Assembly (NCBI GenBank): GCA_963758525.1
Contig: CAVWVQ010000003.1
Coordinates: forward strand, 1 to 64,000
Reading direction: 5' to 3'
DNA: 64,000 nucleotides
Source of the DNA: an uncultured Phycisphaerales bacterium
Lineage (GTDB): Bacteria; Planctomycetota; Phycisphaerae; Tepidisphaerales; Tepidisphaeraceae
Shown here piece after piece: positions 9,786 to 21,127 of the stretch. Each line of letters opens with the position of its first letter. Within the stretch, counting starts at the first letter, position 1. Below the pieces are notes generated by a model that saw nothing but the letters and a program-made list of their open reading frames with translations, was not told the DNA's origin and ran no database searches. The position numbers and the translations under genes were made by a program.

Positions 9786-10985
9786 ATGAAAAACATTCGG
9801 ATTGTTTCGAATGTGCGGCGTGTAATCGTCCTGCTGGTTGTGCTGTTTGGCCCAAACCGCACTTTTGCGGCCGACGCGCCGTTTGGCGGGAATGTGCGGT
9901 TGCGGGGAAATCTCGATCACTGCCGGCGTCAATTCCTCACGGAGAAAAAAGGGACCATCGCATTCCTGGGAGGTTCGATCACCGAGATGAACGGTTATCG
10001 GCCCATGGTTTGTGACATCCTTCGACGGCGTTTCCCCCAGACAGACTTCAAGTTCATCAACGCCGGCATTTCCTCAACCTGTTCGACGACCGGCGCGTTC
10101 CGGCTGCTATCAGATGTCGGGCCGGTCGATTTATTGTTCGTTGAATTTGCGGTCAATGATGACCAGGATGCCGCCCACACGCGCGTCGAATGTATCCGTG
10201 GCATGGAAGGCATCATTCGCCATGCCCGGCTGCTGAATCCGAACGTCGACCTCATCGTCACTCATTTCGTGAACGAGGGAATGCTTCAGACGCTTCAAAC
10301 CGGCGGCACCCCACTGACGATCGAGGCGCATGAGACTGTCGCCAGCCACTATGAGGTGCCGACGATTCGGCTGGCCGAGGAAGTGGCCGGGGAAATCACC
10401 GCGGGAAAACTGACGTGGCAACAATACGGCGGCGTTCATCCCGCGCCGTACGGAAATGCCATTTGCGCCGGCATGATCGATGAGCTGCTGAATCGAGCCT
10501 GGCGCGATGTGCCGGACGCCAGCGGAAAGCCCCCACCCCGTTCACTTCCGCCACCGCTCGATCCCTTCAATTACGAGCATGGGCGCTTTATCGATCCGAA
10601 AGAAGCCCGGGCCGGGCAAGGTTGGACAATCGGCATTCCCGACTGGCCACACCTGCCCGGCGGCAAGCGCGACCGATTCACATCAATCCCAATGTTGTGC
10701 GCCACCGAGCCGGGGAGGCAACTGACGCTGGAATTCGAGGGGACGGCGATAGGCGCTTATGTTGTAGCCGGGCCTGATGCCGGAATCGTCGATGCAAGTA
10801 TCGATGGCGGAGAATTTAATCCATCGATCTTTATCATCGATTCAGGCGCGGGCCTGCATTATCCTCGAACGGTGATGTTTGCGGCGGAATTGAGATCCGG
10901 AAAGCATCTGCTGACGCTTCGCATTTCCCAGCAGACGCGCAGCGCCGGCCATGCCGTCCGCGTGATGCAGTTTGTCGCGAATTGA
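9786..10985 (+). CDS. SGNH/GDSL hydrolase family protein, secreted
   Basis: Signal peptide; FLGGSIT, NAGISST, VEFAVND, GVHP blocks. Confidence 0.9.
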   Translation: MKNIRIVSNVRRVIVLLVVLFGPNRTFAADAPFGGNVRLRGNLDHCRRQFLTEKKGTIAFLGGSITEMNGYRPMVCDILRRRFPQTDFKFINAGISSTCSTTGAFRLLSDVGPVDLLFVEFAVNDDQDAAHTRVECIRGMEGIIRHARLLNPNVDLIVTHFVNEGMLQTLQTGGTPLTIEAHETVASHYEVPTIRLAEEVAGEITAGKLTWQQYGGVHPAPYGNAICAGMIDELLNRAWRDVPDASGKPPPRSLPPPLDPFNYEHGRFIDPKEARAGQGWTIGIPDWPHLPGGKRDRFTSIPMLCATEPGRQLTLEFEGTAIGAYVVAGPDAGIVDASIDGGEFNPSIFIIDSGAGLHYPRTVMFAAELRSGKHLLTLRISQQTRSAGHAVRVMQFVAN

Positions 10986-10997
10986 TGCGCCAATCCA

Positions 10998-12191
10998 ATG
11001 TACCGTGTACGCACTGCGCTTCTGCTTGTTTTGTTTGCGACCTGGGCTCGGGCGTGCGCAGGTGCGATATCGTCCCAGGCAATTGCCGCCCTGAGCAAAA
11101 CCGCCTCCGGCGATGATCCGATTGCATCGCTCGCAGCGCTTTATCAACTCGCCGATTCCGGCGTTGCGGGAACCGCGGCGCTTCGGCAGATCGCTCCACA
11201 ACTGCTGGCGCGGGATTCAACGGCTGTTGCCGTGGAGGCGGACAACGCCGCGGCATCAATTCCCCGGCTTCGGGGGATCGAAAATCAAATGCAGCCGCTT
11301 CGAACCAGCGCGTGCAAATGATCGAGAGCCTCACGGAAGATCCCGAGTCGCTCAAATCCGCGCGTTCCGCCTATGCGCGGCTCGCGGGGTTGGAGGCTCG
11401 GTTGTCAGCGGAATACGCCCGCGAGGCGCGTGTTGCGTCCGCTGTGGCGCGAAAAATCGAATTCGCGAAGTTGCAACTCTCGCCGCTCGCCGCAAAAGAA
11501 GACGATCTTTTCGAGAAATCCGCAACGCGGGCCCTGGCGATGCCGAGCGCCGTGGCGGGGGATTTTTATCCGGCCCCCTCGATCCGCCGGCCGAGGCCGA
11601 TCGCCGCGGCGTGTGGCTCTATCTCGCCAGCAGGCGCATCGACGCATGGAATAAAACAATCGAGACATCGATGAATTTCGGCGAGATCGCTCACGCCCGC
11701 AAAGTGAATTCGTATCGCGAAATGCTCGGCATGCCGCCGTTCGAGCTTGACGCACGCCTGATTCAATCCGCCCGGCGGCACAGCAAGGAGATGATCGATC
11801 TCTGGTATTTTTCGCATTGGTCTCCGACTCAATCGGAGCGCAGCCCGTTTGCCCGCATGGCCCACGCCGGCTACGAGTTGGGCAGCAATGAGAACATTAC
11901 GATGGGACCCTTCGCGGCCGACGATGCGTTCTGGAATCTCTTTAACAGCCCCGAGCATCATCGCGCATGGGTTCTGCCTCAGAACACCACGTTCGGCGTC
12001 GGCAAATGGGAAAATGCCTGGACGGAAGATATCGTCGCGCGCCGCGGCTGATGACCGCATCCGCGGAAGAGCGGGCCGCGGCGGTTGTTCGTGGTGATGA
12101 ACTAAAGGCTCAAACACAGGTCCTGCACAGGCGTCCGCGCGATCTGAGCGATATCAAAATTTACGATGAATCCGGTCGGGAAATTGGGTGA
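10998..12191 (+). CDS. Secreted CAP (SCP/Allergen V5) domain protein, frameshifted
   Basis: Signal peptide; VNSYR...LIQSARRHSKEM..YFSH..ENI..SPEHHR. Confidence 0.75.
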
Positions 12192-12242
12192 ACCTTCCAT
12201 GACCTGCATTAATCGTCGATTGTGATGAAACGAACTTCCTTT

Positions 12243-12626
12243 TCAATGCAACCCGAGACTCTCGCGGATTATGGACCGGATTCGGCCCGTCGCTTGAACG
12301 AGTCTTTGCGTTTCGGCTGGGCCAGCCGAACGCCCAGGATACCGGACCTCAACCGCGTAATCAGTAATCGCTGCCAACGCCGCGCGGAGCGACGCCCAGA
12401 GCGGTTCGATGGACATCGCGAGGTCGAGAAGCCGCTCAAGATCGTGCGTCTTCGGAAACACGATGGCCGCTTCTTCGAGCCGAGCTTTCAGGTATTTCTC
12501 CACACACTGTTGCAGGTGAAAGCAAACAATGTCTCATGCAAACTTTTTGCGCGAGCGGCGCAAAATTAGTGCCGCCGCGAAGTCGGCTTCGGCCTTGTCA
12601 ACCCACTCGCGCGTTGTCGCTTTCAT
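12243..12626 (-). CDS. HEPN-domain toxin (HEPN/MNT pair), one frameshift
   Basis: MKATTREWVDKAEADF...FTCNSV/EKYLKA..FPKTHDL..VEVRYPG. Confidence 0.85.
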
Positions 12627-12945
12627 GGAGCATAATTCCCTTGGACGTTACTTCACACAGGAATGGATCGCCCATTCGCACGCGTCGGCGAACTTCCGCG
12701 GGAGTGCGCACGAGAAGATCCATCGGGAATGCGCGCGGACAGGCGAGCCGAATTCGGGTTGCCGCCTCAGGGCCCGAACCGCGATGAGGCATGATTACCA
12801 TGAGGTCGACGTCCGAATTCTCCGTCGGACTGCCATAGGCGTATGACCCGAAGAGTATGACTGATAACGGATGGAACCGGCGCACGACCTGATCTACGAA
12901 GGCTTGGATCTCACGACGAGAGATAATCGTTTGCGCCCGGCTCAT
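12598..12945 (-). CDS. Minimal nucleotidyltransferase (MNT) antitoxin
   Basis: VILFGSYAYG...SDVDL motif; overlaps the HEPN start. Confidence 0.9.
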   Translation of the reverse strand: MSRAQTIISRREIQAFVDQVVRRFHPLSVILFGSYAYGSPTENSDVDLMVIMPHRGSGPEAATRIRLACPRAFPMDLLVRTPAEVRRRVRMGDPFLCEVTSKGIMLHESDNARVG

Positions 12946-13059
12946 TCCGCGACAGACTAACCTCATTTTGACCGATATCGCAACAACAGGCTGGCCCGCC
13001 GCCGAGGGATTTTACGTGATCGAGTTTTTGGAGCGGGCGACGAAGGAGAATAAGCGGTG

Positions 13060-13081
13060 AGTGTCCAATCTAGTGTCCAAT
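13060..13081. repeat. Tandem 10-bp direct repeat just 3' of tRNA-Arg
   Basis: AGTGTCCAAT at 13060-13069 and 13072-13081. Confidence 0.6.
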
Positions 13082-13108
13082 GAAAAGCCGAAAACGTCAT
13101 AACTTCAT

Positions 13109-13182
13109 TACCCGCGACAGGATTCGAACCTGTGACCTGCGGTTTAGGAAACCGCCGCTCTATCCAACTGAGCTACGCGGGC
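13109..13182 (-). tRNA. tRNA-Arg(CCT)
   Basis: GCCCGCGTAGCTCAGTTGGATAGAGC GCGGT-TTCCTAA-ACCGC ... GGTTCGAATCC; full cloverleaf, CCA not encoded. Confidence 0.95.
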
Positions 13183-13265
13183 GTGAGATTTGAACGCTAT
13201 CGCGGTTTTCATGCCGGGGCAAGTTGGTGGTATAATTCGAATCAGCCGTTGAAAAGGAAGCCGCA

Positions 13266-13365
13266 ATGCAACAAGTGCAATGAGATGACCGACTCTACAA
13301 GGAAGCCCAGCGCCGCGCCGCGGAAGCTGGGTTTGCCAGTGTTGACGAGTACGTTGCCGGAGTAA
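13266..13365 (+). pseudogene. Truncated ribbon-helix-helix antitoxin-like gene
   Basis: TGGTATAAT extended -10 and AAGGA RBS; MQQVQ..DRLYKEAQRRAAEAGFASVDEYVAG, then breaks off. Confidence 0.5.
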
Positions 13366-13785
13366 CAGCTCAAATTGAGTGCTACGAGCCTTGGAGTCGG
13401 CCTTATCCAGCAAAGGGTCGAGGCATCCGCCGGTCGCTGTCACAATGTCGGGGATCAATGATGGGAAATGCGTCGCCCGCTTTAGGAAACGGTGAATAGC
13501 CTTGAACTGCAATATTTCGAGCAACGCCATGTCCAGCTTGGAGTGAATTTCGCCGCTGCATTCTCCAACGTGACTTGAGTCGAACAGTGCTGCGTATTGG
13601 ATAAGGCGTGACGAGGAATTAACCGGAACACCGCAGGCCTGAAAGTCGCTGAGCATTCCGCGGATGAGTTTCGCAACAACGTCGTTGCCAGCAATTTCGC
13701 CCGCGTCAATCCGCTCTAGACGGCGCGAATGAGTCTGAGATGGCTTCAATATTCCACATTGTGCACCGGTAGCCGGATCGCGCAA
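13365..13785 (-). pseudogene. 3'-truncated hypothetical gene
   Basis: Protein-like sequence up to KARSTQFELL, after which the ORF runs through antisense RHH sequence and the tRNA. Confidence 0.45.
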
Positions 13786-13869
13786 TTCTGAGGTGCGTTC
13801 CCACCAGCGATGTGCGGAAACCTCATGCAGTCGCGGCTAGGAACCACGGGGCGTGGTCAAAGTGAGATT

Positions 13870-15256
13870 TTACGCGGACAAATTCGTCAACATCCCCGTA
13901 CTATCCCCAAATCGCGGGATCTTCACGCCCATCCGATCCAGAACCGAAAGATGCAGATTGCACAGCGGCGTGCCGCGCGGATAGCGGAGCTGGCGGCCGG
14001 GAGTGATTGATCCGCCGCCGCGGCCGGCCAGCAGCACGGGTAGCTCGTCGTGGTTGTGGCGGTTGCCGTCGCCGATGCCGCAGCCGTAGACCACCATGCA
14101 ATTGTCGAGAAGCGTGCCGGAACCTTCCTTGGTTTCGTGCAGCTTCTGGATGAAATAGGCGAATTGCTCGGCGTGAAAAAGGTCGATCCTGGCAACGCCT
14201 TCCAGCTTTTGTGGATTTCCGCCGTGGTGGCTCAGGGCGTGATGGCCATCGGAGACGCCGAGCTGCCGATAGACGCGGTCGCTTCCGTCGGCGGCGACCA
14301 TGAAGGTGCTTACGCGCGTCAGGTCCGTTCGAAATGCGAGCACCATCATGTCGCACAGCAGCCGCATATGCTCGGCGAAATCGTCCGGCGTGCCCGCGGG
14401 ACGTTTCGCGTCGGCGGGGGGCGGCACTTCCTTGAGAATCATCGCACGCTGCACGCGCTGCTCGATTTCGCGGATGGCAGTCGTGAATTCATCAAGCTTG
14501 TGCTGATCGCCCCGGCCCAGACGGCTGGAGAGCGCGCTCGTGTCGTCGGAAACAAAATCGAGAATGCTCTTCTTTTCCCGCAGCCGGCGCTCGCATTTGC
14601 GGATTATCGTCTGCATCGTCAGATCCGAAGAGACGGGAGAAGACGGCGGCGGGATTCACCTCGTGCGGTACTGGATTGCTCGGCGTTCGCCAGGAAATGT
14701 TGGAGACGTAGGCGCAGCTGTAGCCGGAGTCGCATTGGCCGGCGAGGCCGCCTTTGTCCATGCCCAGTTCGAGGGAAGGCAGCCGCGTCTCGAGCCCGGT
14801 TACCTGTGCGGCGACCTGATCAGCCGAGATTCCCAGATGAATATCCTGCCCGGCGGTTTTATGCGGATGCGCGCCGGTAAGGAAGGCGGCGCACGAGCGG
14901 GCATGATCGCCGGGCCCGTCACCCTTCGCCCGGGCATTGTCCAGCGCCAAGCCCTGCAAAAGCGTAAGCTGATCCTTGAACGGACGAAGCGGCTCGAGCG
15001 TCGGCGAGAGATCGAATGATTCGCCGTTTGAACTGGGGAGCCATTGGTCCATGTTCATGCCGTTGGGGAGGAAGAACGTGGCCATGCGCCGCGGGAGCGC
15101 GGCCGGGTCGGCGCCAGCGGCGAATGCGGATCGTGTCAGACTCGGCGCCATCGCGTCGAGCAGCGGAAGGGCGATGGTGGCGCCAATGCCTCGAAGGACT
15201 GCGCGACGGGAGATCGCCGAATTCCGGGAACGAACAAAATCGATCCTTCGGGTCAT
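13870..15256 (-). CDS. DUF1552 family protein, frameshifted
   Basis: Tat-like SRRAVLRG..ALPLLDAM, LPNG, CDSGYSCAY, HHALSHH, GDGNRHNH. Confidence 0.9.
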
Positions 15257-15268
15257 CGTGGGGTACTT

Positions 15269-17631
15269 TCATTCCGTTTTCCCGCGGCGTTGGGTAAACG
15301 GAGCACTTTCAACAACAGCTTCGATCAGGCTGTCAAACCGATAATCTGAGTCCTGCACCTTGCGGCTGATGTCTTTGATATAGGGCCGGTCGCCGGGCGT
15401 CGGCCCGCGACCGATGGCATAAGTCATCACCTTTTCTACCAGACATCGCACAAATTGTTCCTTGTGCCCCAGAATGACCTTCTTGAGTCCCGCGGCCCCG
15501 TCAATCGCCTCTCCGCTGGGAAGCGTGCCGGTAGCGTCGATCGGAAATTCCCCGGTGGTGGTTTTTTCGATCTCGCGCCAGTTACCCGTCGCATCGAAAT
15601 TCTCCAGGGCAAATCCGATCGGGTCGATCCGGGCATGACACGATGCGCAGACCGGATTACTGCGATGTTCTTCCAGCCGTTGCCGGACCGGCAGCGATGC
15701 TTTGGTCCCTTTGCTCGGCAGGGCGGGCACGTCCGGCGGCGGAGGAGGGGGTGGGGTCCCGAGAATCTGCTCAAGAACAAACTTGCCGCGCTTGGGCGGC
15801 GATGTGCGATAAGAGGTTGACGTCACCGTCATCACGCCGGCCATCGTCAAGACGCCTCCGCGCCGACCGGCGGCGTCGCCGGTCAAAATTACTTTGCGGA
15901 ATTCGGAGCCGGAGACTCCGTCGATTCCATAAAATCGGGCGAGTCGATCGTCGACAAAGGTATAGTCGGCGTCGATCAGTTCTAACAGGCTGCGTTTTTC
16001 ACGCAGCACGTTTCCAAAAAACAACTCTCCCTCGCGTCGCATGGAAGCCAGAAGCCTCCGGTCGGCATTCGGAAAAAGGCGATGGTCGGGAAAAGCACCC
16101 TCTAAGTTTCGCAGTTCGAGCCACTGCCCGGCAAAATTGGAGACGAACGCGGATGAGCGCGGATCGGCAATCATGCGCCCTACCTGTTCGCGCAACACAT
16201 CCGGCTGATGAAGCGTCCCCGCGCCCGCCACGGCAAGGAGCGCACCGTCCGGCATGCTGCTCCACAGGAAATAGGAAAGGCGCGTCGCCAGCTCGTAATC
16301 GCTCAGCGGGTGCGGCGTCTGCGGATGGTCAGTGGGATCGATCTCGATCCGGTAAACAAACTGCGGTGAAACCAGCGCCGCCTCCAGCATAAGCTGGCAC
16401 GCGCGCTGGAAGCTCTCGTTCTCGCTTCGAGCGTTCTGGTAGACCTTCACCAATCTTGCCACTTCCGCGTCGGTCACAGGGCGCCGATAGGCGCGGGCGG
16501 CAAACCGCTCGGCGATCTGGGCAGCGCACTTCTCTCCCTCAACGCCGTCTGCTGGGCCGCAAAACAGCAGGCGTTTTTCGATTTGACTCGGCCCTGGCGG
16601 CCTGGCGTCGATCGGGCCGCGAATTTCGATCCAGTCTATGTAGAGATTTCGATCGCCGCGATCCTTTGGATCGGCGCATCGGTGTTGTAGTAATCGTTAA
16701 TGAATGCGGCCGAAACGCGATGCTCACCGGCGCTGGCCTGCACGCGTAAGGTATAGGTCTGCGGCGTGCCGTGTACGGCTTCGACGTCGAAGGTGCGTAA
16801 TTCCCGTCCGTCCAGTTTAACGGTCATCTTCGCCGGCTCGCGACCGGCCTGGTCAGCATCAGCACCGATTCGCAATTCATATTCGGCGGTCGCAACAAAT
16901 TCGTGCCGCGTGCGCACCGTGCCGTTGGTGTAAAGCAGGCGTGCGCCGGCGCTCGGACGTCCGTCTCCCTCCAGCGCGTCCCCGTCAATGCGAATGACGC
17001 GTTCGCGGTACGGGTTTCCAATGGTGATTGCTTTTTCCATCACCTGCTCGGCTGCGGTGAGATATTTCTCCGCCAGCAGCGGCGACATGCTCAGGACGTC
17101 GGCGATATTGTCGAATCCATACCCGCTGTCGTCGGCGGGAAAATCGGCAGTGGGATTGAGATCCACACCGATCAGATCGCGGACGGTGTTGTTGTATTCC
17201 GCGCGGTTGAGCCGATGAATTGCGACAAAACCCGGATCGCGTGGTTCGGAGCTATCCAAAAAATCCATCGCCTCGCCCACCCATCTCACGATGCGCTCCC
17301 GTTCGGCGGGAGCTGGCTGCTCCGCCTTCTTCGGCGGCATCCGCCCCTCACGCAGCACCTCCTGGACATCATCCCATGTTGCGCGATCCGCCTTAAAAGA
17401 ATCAAACGATGAAAACTGATCGAGCGTGACATCCCCTTTATGCTTGCCGTTGCCGTGACAGGCAAAACACCGGGCTTGAAGGAAGGGGCGCACGTCGGCA
17501 ATGAATTGCTGATCTAAAGCGGCCGCCGGCGCCGGTGCCACCGTCGCGGCCAGGCTCTGAGGGCGCGAGCCGCACGGCTCGGCCAAGCCGATACCTATGG
17601 CGAGAATCAAAGCAAATTGTTTCTTCACCAC
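15269..17631 (-). CDS. Planctomycete cytochrome c / DUF1587-1592-1588-1585 (PSD) protein, frameshifted
   Basis: CFACH and CASCH heme motifs, HRLNRAEYNNTVRDL, ELATRLSYFLWSSMPD; adjacent to DUF1552. Confidence 0.9.
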
Positions 17632-17731
17632 GACTTCAAATGCACGATATTCTGACGCTGTGGCTGCTCCACTGCCCGCAGATAATAGTCGCAACCCGGC
17701 AAGAAGTTCGCGAAGATGGGGCAATTCTCAT

Positions 17732-18238
17732 ATGAACGAATTTGAATTGGATGCCGACCCGTCAACTTCTTTGCCGCCCCTGGCGATACCGGCCCGGCCC
17801 CTGACGTATTTCGGGGATTCGGAGGATCCCTGGCGACTTCTGATTCGCGCAATCGGTATCGTGTCAGTCTTGTTGGGCGGTTTAAATCTCACTCAATCAT
17901 TGCTCAATCTTCGAAATATCTTTGTACCTGCAGGCTCAAATTTAGAGATCGCATGGGGTTTGGCTCGAGTCGCGTGCGGCATGTCAGCGGCCGTCCTGGG
18001 CATTGCCGGGATCCGCTTGCTGCTCACGCCGCCGCGCGGAAGAAAAACCCTGATCATAAGTGTTTCGACATTCGTCGTTTGTTTGATCATCACGCAGGCG
18101 CTTTATTGCGCCCATGTCATTCATCTCATCCGCGCGACCCTTGGAAAGAGCCAGTTCGTAGCGAGTTGCTCGGTCTCGCTCGCACAGAGTTTAATCGTGC
18201 CGGCGTTCATTCTCTGGCTGGCCGCGCGCCGCAAGTAA
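17732..18238 (+). CDS. Hypothetical membrane protein (about 4 TM)
   Basis: Four hydrophobic segments after the planctomycete-like PLTY lead-in. Confidence 0.6.
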   Translation: MNEFELDADPSTSLPPLAIPARPLTYFGDSEDPWRLLIRAIGIVSVLLGGLNLTQSLLNLRNIFVPAGSNLEIAWGLARVACGMSAAVLGIAGIRLLLTPPRGRKTLIISVSTFVVCLIITQALYCAHVIHLIRATLGKSQFVASCSVSLAQSLIVPAFILWLAARRK

Positions 18239-18377
18239 GGCGAATACTTTCCGCCTAGCCACCTGTTGGACTCCAGCCGCTTGAGCCCGCCGAACCGACC
18301 CGACATTTCCTACCGCGTTCCCATTTCGAGGGCTAAGATACGCAGACTCGGCGCTCAACAAACGATCGGCGGTACCG

Positions 18378-19330
18378 ATGAGATTCCAAAGAACGGCCCT
18401 TCCGCTTTTGCTCCTGATGCTTTTGCCGGGCGTGCCGGCACGTGCGGCGGATGAAAATTCACCGCCAGATGCCGCGACCATCCGCAAGCAAATCGATGTG
18501 CTGATCCTGAGCTTCACAGATCACAGGAAGCCGGTGACCGCGGGCATGATCCAGCAGGCGATCGGATTATCCATCTCATTCGCGCGCCCACCTATAACAA
18601 AGGTGATCACGCGGCGTGCGCGCGGTTTTATTCCAGGACCGCCGAATCGCTCGTCGCGGCATTTGCCGGCAAGGATGCCGCCACGTTGGGTGGCCGGGCT
18701 TCGCTCAATGATCTGAAGTCCGCGCTCGATCGGTCCGCCGGTTTAAAGGACCCGGATCGCATTGCCTGGGCGATGCGGTTTGCCTTCGACAAGAATCAGC
18801 TCGCCTGCACGCTCTACGCGCAGCGCGCCCAGGGGCTGGTGGCAATGGGAGAGGAATATTTCAAGCGATCGGAATTTGCCGAGTCTCAGGATGCCTTTGA
18901 ATCGGCCGTCGTTGCTTTGGATGAGCTGGACGGGCAACTGATCGACACGATTCCACTCGGTTGCCGCTACGCGCCGCTGGCACTGGCCAATGCCCTTTTC
19001 GCGCAGAAGAAATTCGGCGATGCAAGCTCCGCCGTTCTTAAGGGGTTAAATTATCTTCCGCAATGGCCCGGCGTTACCATTGACCTTCGCAGCTTCCATC
19101 ACGACCCGGTGGAGTACGAAGCAATTCTTTCCGTTCTGGAGAATCAGGCGAAAGACGATCCCGCAAACGCATCGCTGCAGTTTCTGCTCGGATATGAGTA
19201 TTGGTTTACAGGGCGGCGGCTGGACGCGAAAATCGCCTTCGAGCATACCCTCAAGCTTGAGCCGCAGCACGCCGGAGCAAAGCGATTCATCGATGCGGCT
19301 CATCCATCAGCGGATACCCCGCGAGTGTGA
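18378..19330 (+). CDS. Secreted TPR-repeat protein, frameshifted
   Basis: Signal peptide (VPARA-ADE); TPR-like GEEYF..., ALANALFAQ, FLLGYEYWFTG...LEPQH. Confidence 0.65.
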
Positions 19331-19338
19331 GGCGCGGA

Positions 19339-20518
19339 TTACTTCGTTTCTCCGCCAACCGAATTCGGTACCAGCAGATGCATCGAACCGATGCTACCGA
19401 TGTTGCCGCAGGGAAGGTCCAAGGCGAGCAGATGGGGCATGGGATTTATGGGTGCGTAGACGAGTACATCGCGCACCTGGCCATGGGGTGAGACCGTCGC
19501 CTGCTGCGGATGATTCAACAACGTTCCCTTTGGAAACATGATCGGCGACAGCTGCACGCCGTTCATCGCGGAGAGCGTGGCGATCCGGCCGCCCGGCCCC
19601 CACGACAGGTAGTCGAGCGGGCGATTACCCAGATTCGTAATAGTGAAGTAAATCAGCAGCCGCGGCGTTCGATCAGGATTGGCGAGGTCGCGCCGAAATT
19701 CCGGCGGCCCAATTCGGATCGCATCGACCGTAATGCGCGCGCGATCCGGCACCACCGCCTCAAGCACCGCGGCGGGGCGCGGAAATCCACCGGATGAGCC
19801 GGCGCCGGCGCTGTGATCGCTACCGCTGGCGGAGCTACTGCAGTTGGCGAAGAGCCGCGAAATGCGCCAACCGCATAGGCTGCGCCCAATGCAACGACGC
19901 TGAAGGATATTCCGACTATTGCCGACCATTGTTCCCAATGTTTGGAGGTCATGCCCATTAACAGTCCGGCGCCAGCGAGGATCACTCCCGCGCCGGCGAT
20001 GGATACCGTGACCATTGAAGCGCCCCGACCGCCACAAGACACCCTGCGATCACCGCGACAAAGCCCGCGGCAATGCCCGGCCAGTTGGCCACTTTGTAGG
20101 TAACTACGTCTTCGCCGGCAGAACCTTCCGCGCCGGCGGTGGCGTTCGGGTGGTTCGGATCTTTCGCGCAATCGTGCTGGCTGTCCTGGCGTCAATTCCC
20201 GCAAGTGTGAGCAGGCTCGATGGGGCGGCCTTGGGCACCGGCGGAGTTTCCGGTTCCTCCTCGGCGCTCGGCGGGTTTGTCCTCCAGATCCAGCGTCTGC
20301 CCGCGCAGGATTCGCTCCGGCTGCGCCGCAGACTCGGTGGCCGACGCATCGGCGACCGTCTTCTCGGCGGCCAACAAGGCCGCGACCGACCCAGGCGCCG
20401 GTCCCTCGGCTTGCACGAGCTGACGATGTTTACAGCGCGGACACTTGACGTGGCGGCCGATCAACTTCTCCGGCACGCCGATCTTTTGCCCGCATTGTTC
20501 GCAGCGAAACTTGATCAT
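19339..20518 (-). CDS. Zinc-ribbon membrane-anchored hypothetical protein, frameshifted
   Basis: MIKFRCEQCG...VKCPRC N-terminus, TM segments, C-terminal beta-rich domain. Confidence 0.6.
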
Positions 20519-20620
20519 CCGGCCGCCCTCACCCCTGTCAGTGCACTTTCCCATCATCGCGGCTCAGCGGCCGCCGGTAAAGATCGCAGCAATCAATGTG
20601 GGTAGCAAACGAATGCCTGC

Positions 20621-21115
20621 CTAAGCCGCTTCCCGCAGTCTTTCGTTGACGGCGTTTCGGATGACGCGCAAATCATATTCGGCTGCCGCCGACACCCTCA
20701 GAATGGCGATACCCGCCGCCGCCAATGCTTTATCCACGAACCGGTCGCGCTCGCGCCGGTCGGCGGCGAGATGCGTTTTGTCATCGAGTTCGATCGCCAG
20801 GAGAATCGCGCTAGTCTCCGCATCGACGAGCACGAAATCGACATGTTTTTGCGATATTTTACGCGCCAAATCCTTCGCGCAACCTTGCGCCGAGCAGCCG
20901 ATGAGATCCGAAAGACGCACTTTGAAAGATACGGATACCCCCTTGGGAACCGCGTGCCGGAGGTATCGGTAAAACGCCAGCTCACCCCGGCTCAGAAGCG
21001 TTTCTTTTGAATAATAAGGGAGAGTTGCCGGGCCGATCGTCCTCAGCAGATGGACAGCGAGAATGAGCAAAGCCGCTGCGATCCCCACCCCGATCACGAT
21101 CGCTGGATGAGACAT
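20621..21115 (-). CDS. DUF2726 domain protein
   Basis: LLSRGE..FY, KVRLSDL, KHVDFVL, AIELDDKTH, RDRFVD. Confidence 0.9.
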   Translation of the reverse strand: MSHPAIVIGVGIAAALLILAVHLLRTIGPATLPYYSKETLLSRGELAFYRYLRHAVPKGVSVSFKVRLSDLIGCSAQGCAKDLARKISQKHVDFVLVDAETSAILLAIELDDKTHLAADRRERDRFVDKALAAAGIAILRVSAAAEYDLRVIRNAVNERLREAA

Positions 21116-21127
21116 GATTGGATGATC

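Noticed and set aside
9610..9786. c-di-GMP riboswitch upstream of the PilZ gene
   Set aside because: No GEMM consensus (GGCAAAC...GAAA...GACGCAAAGC) visible on either strand
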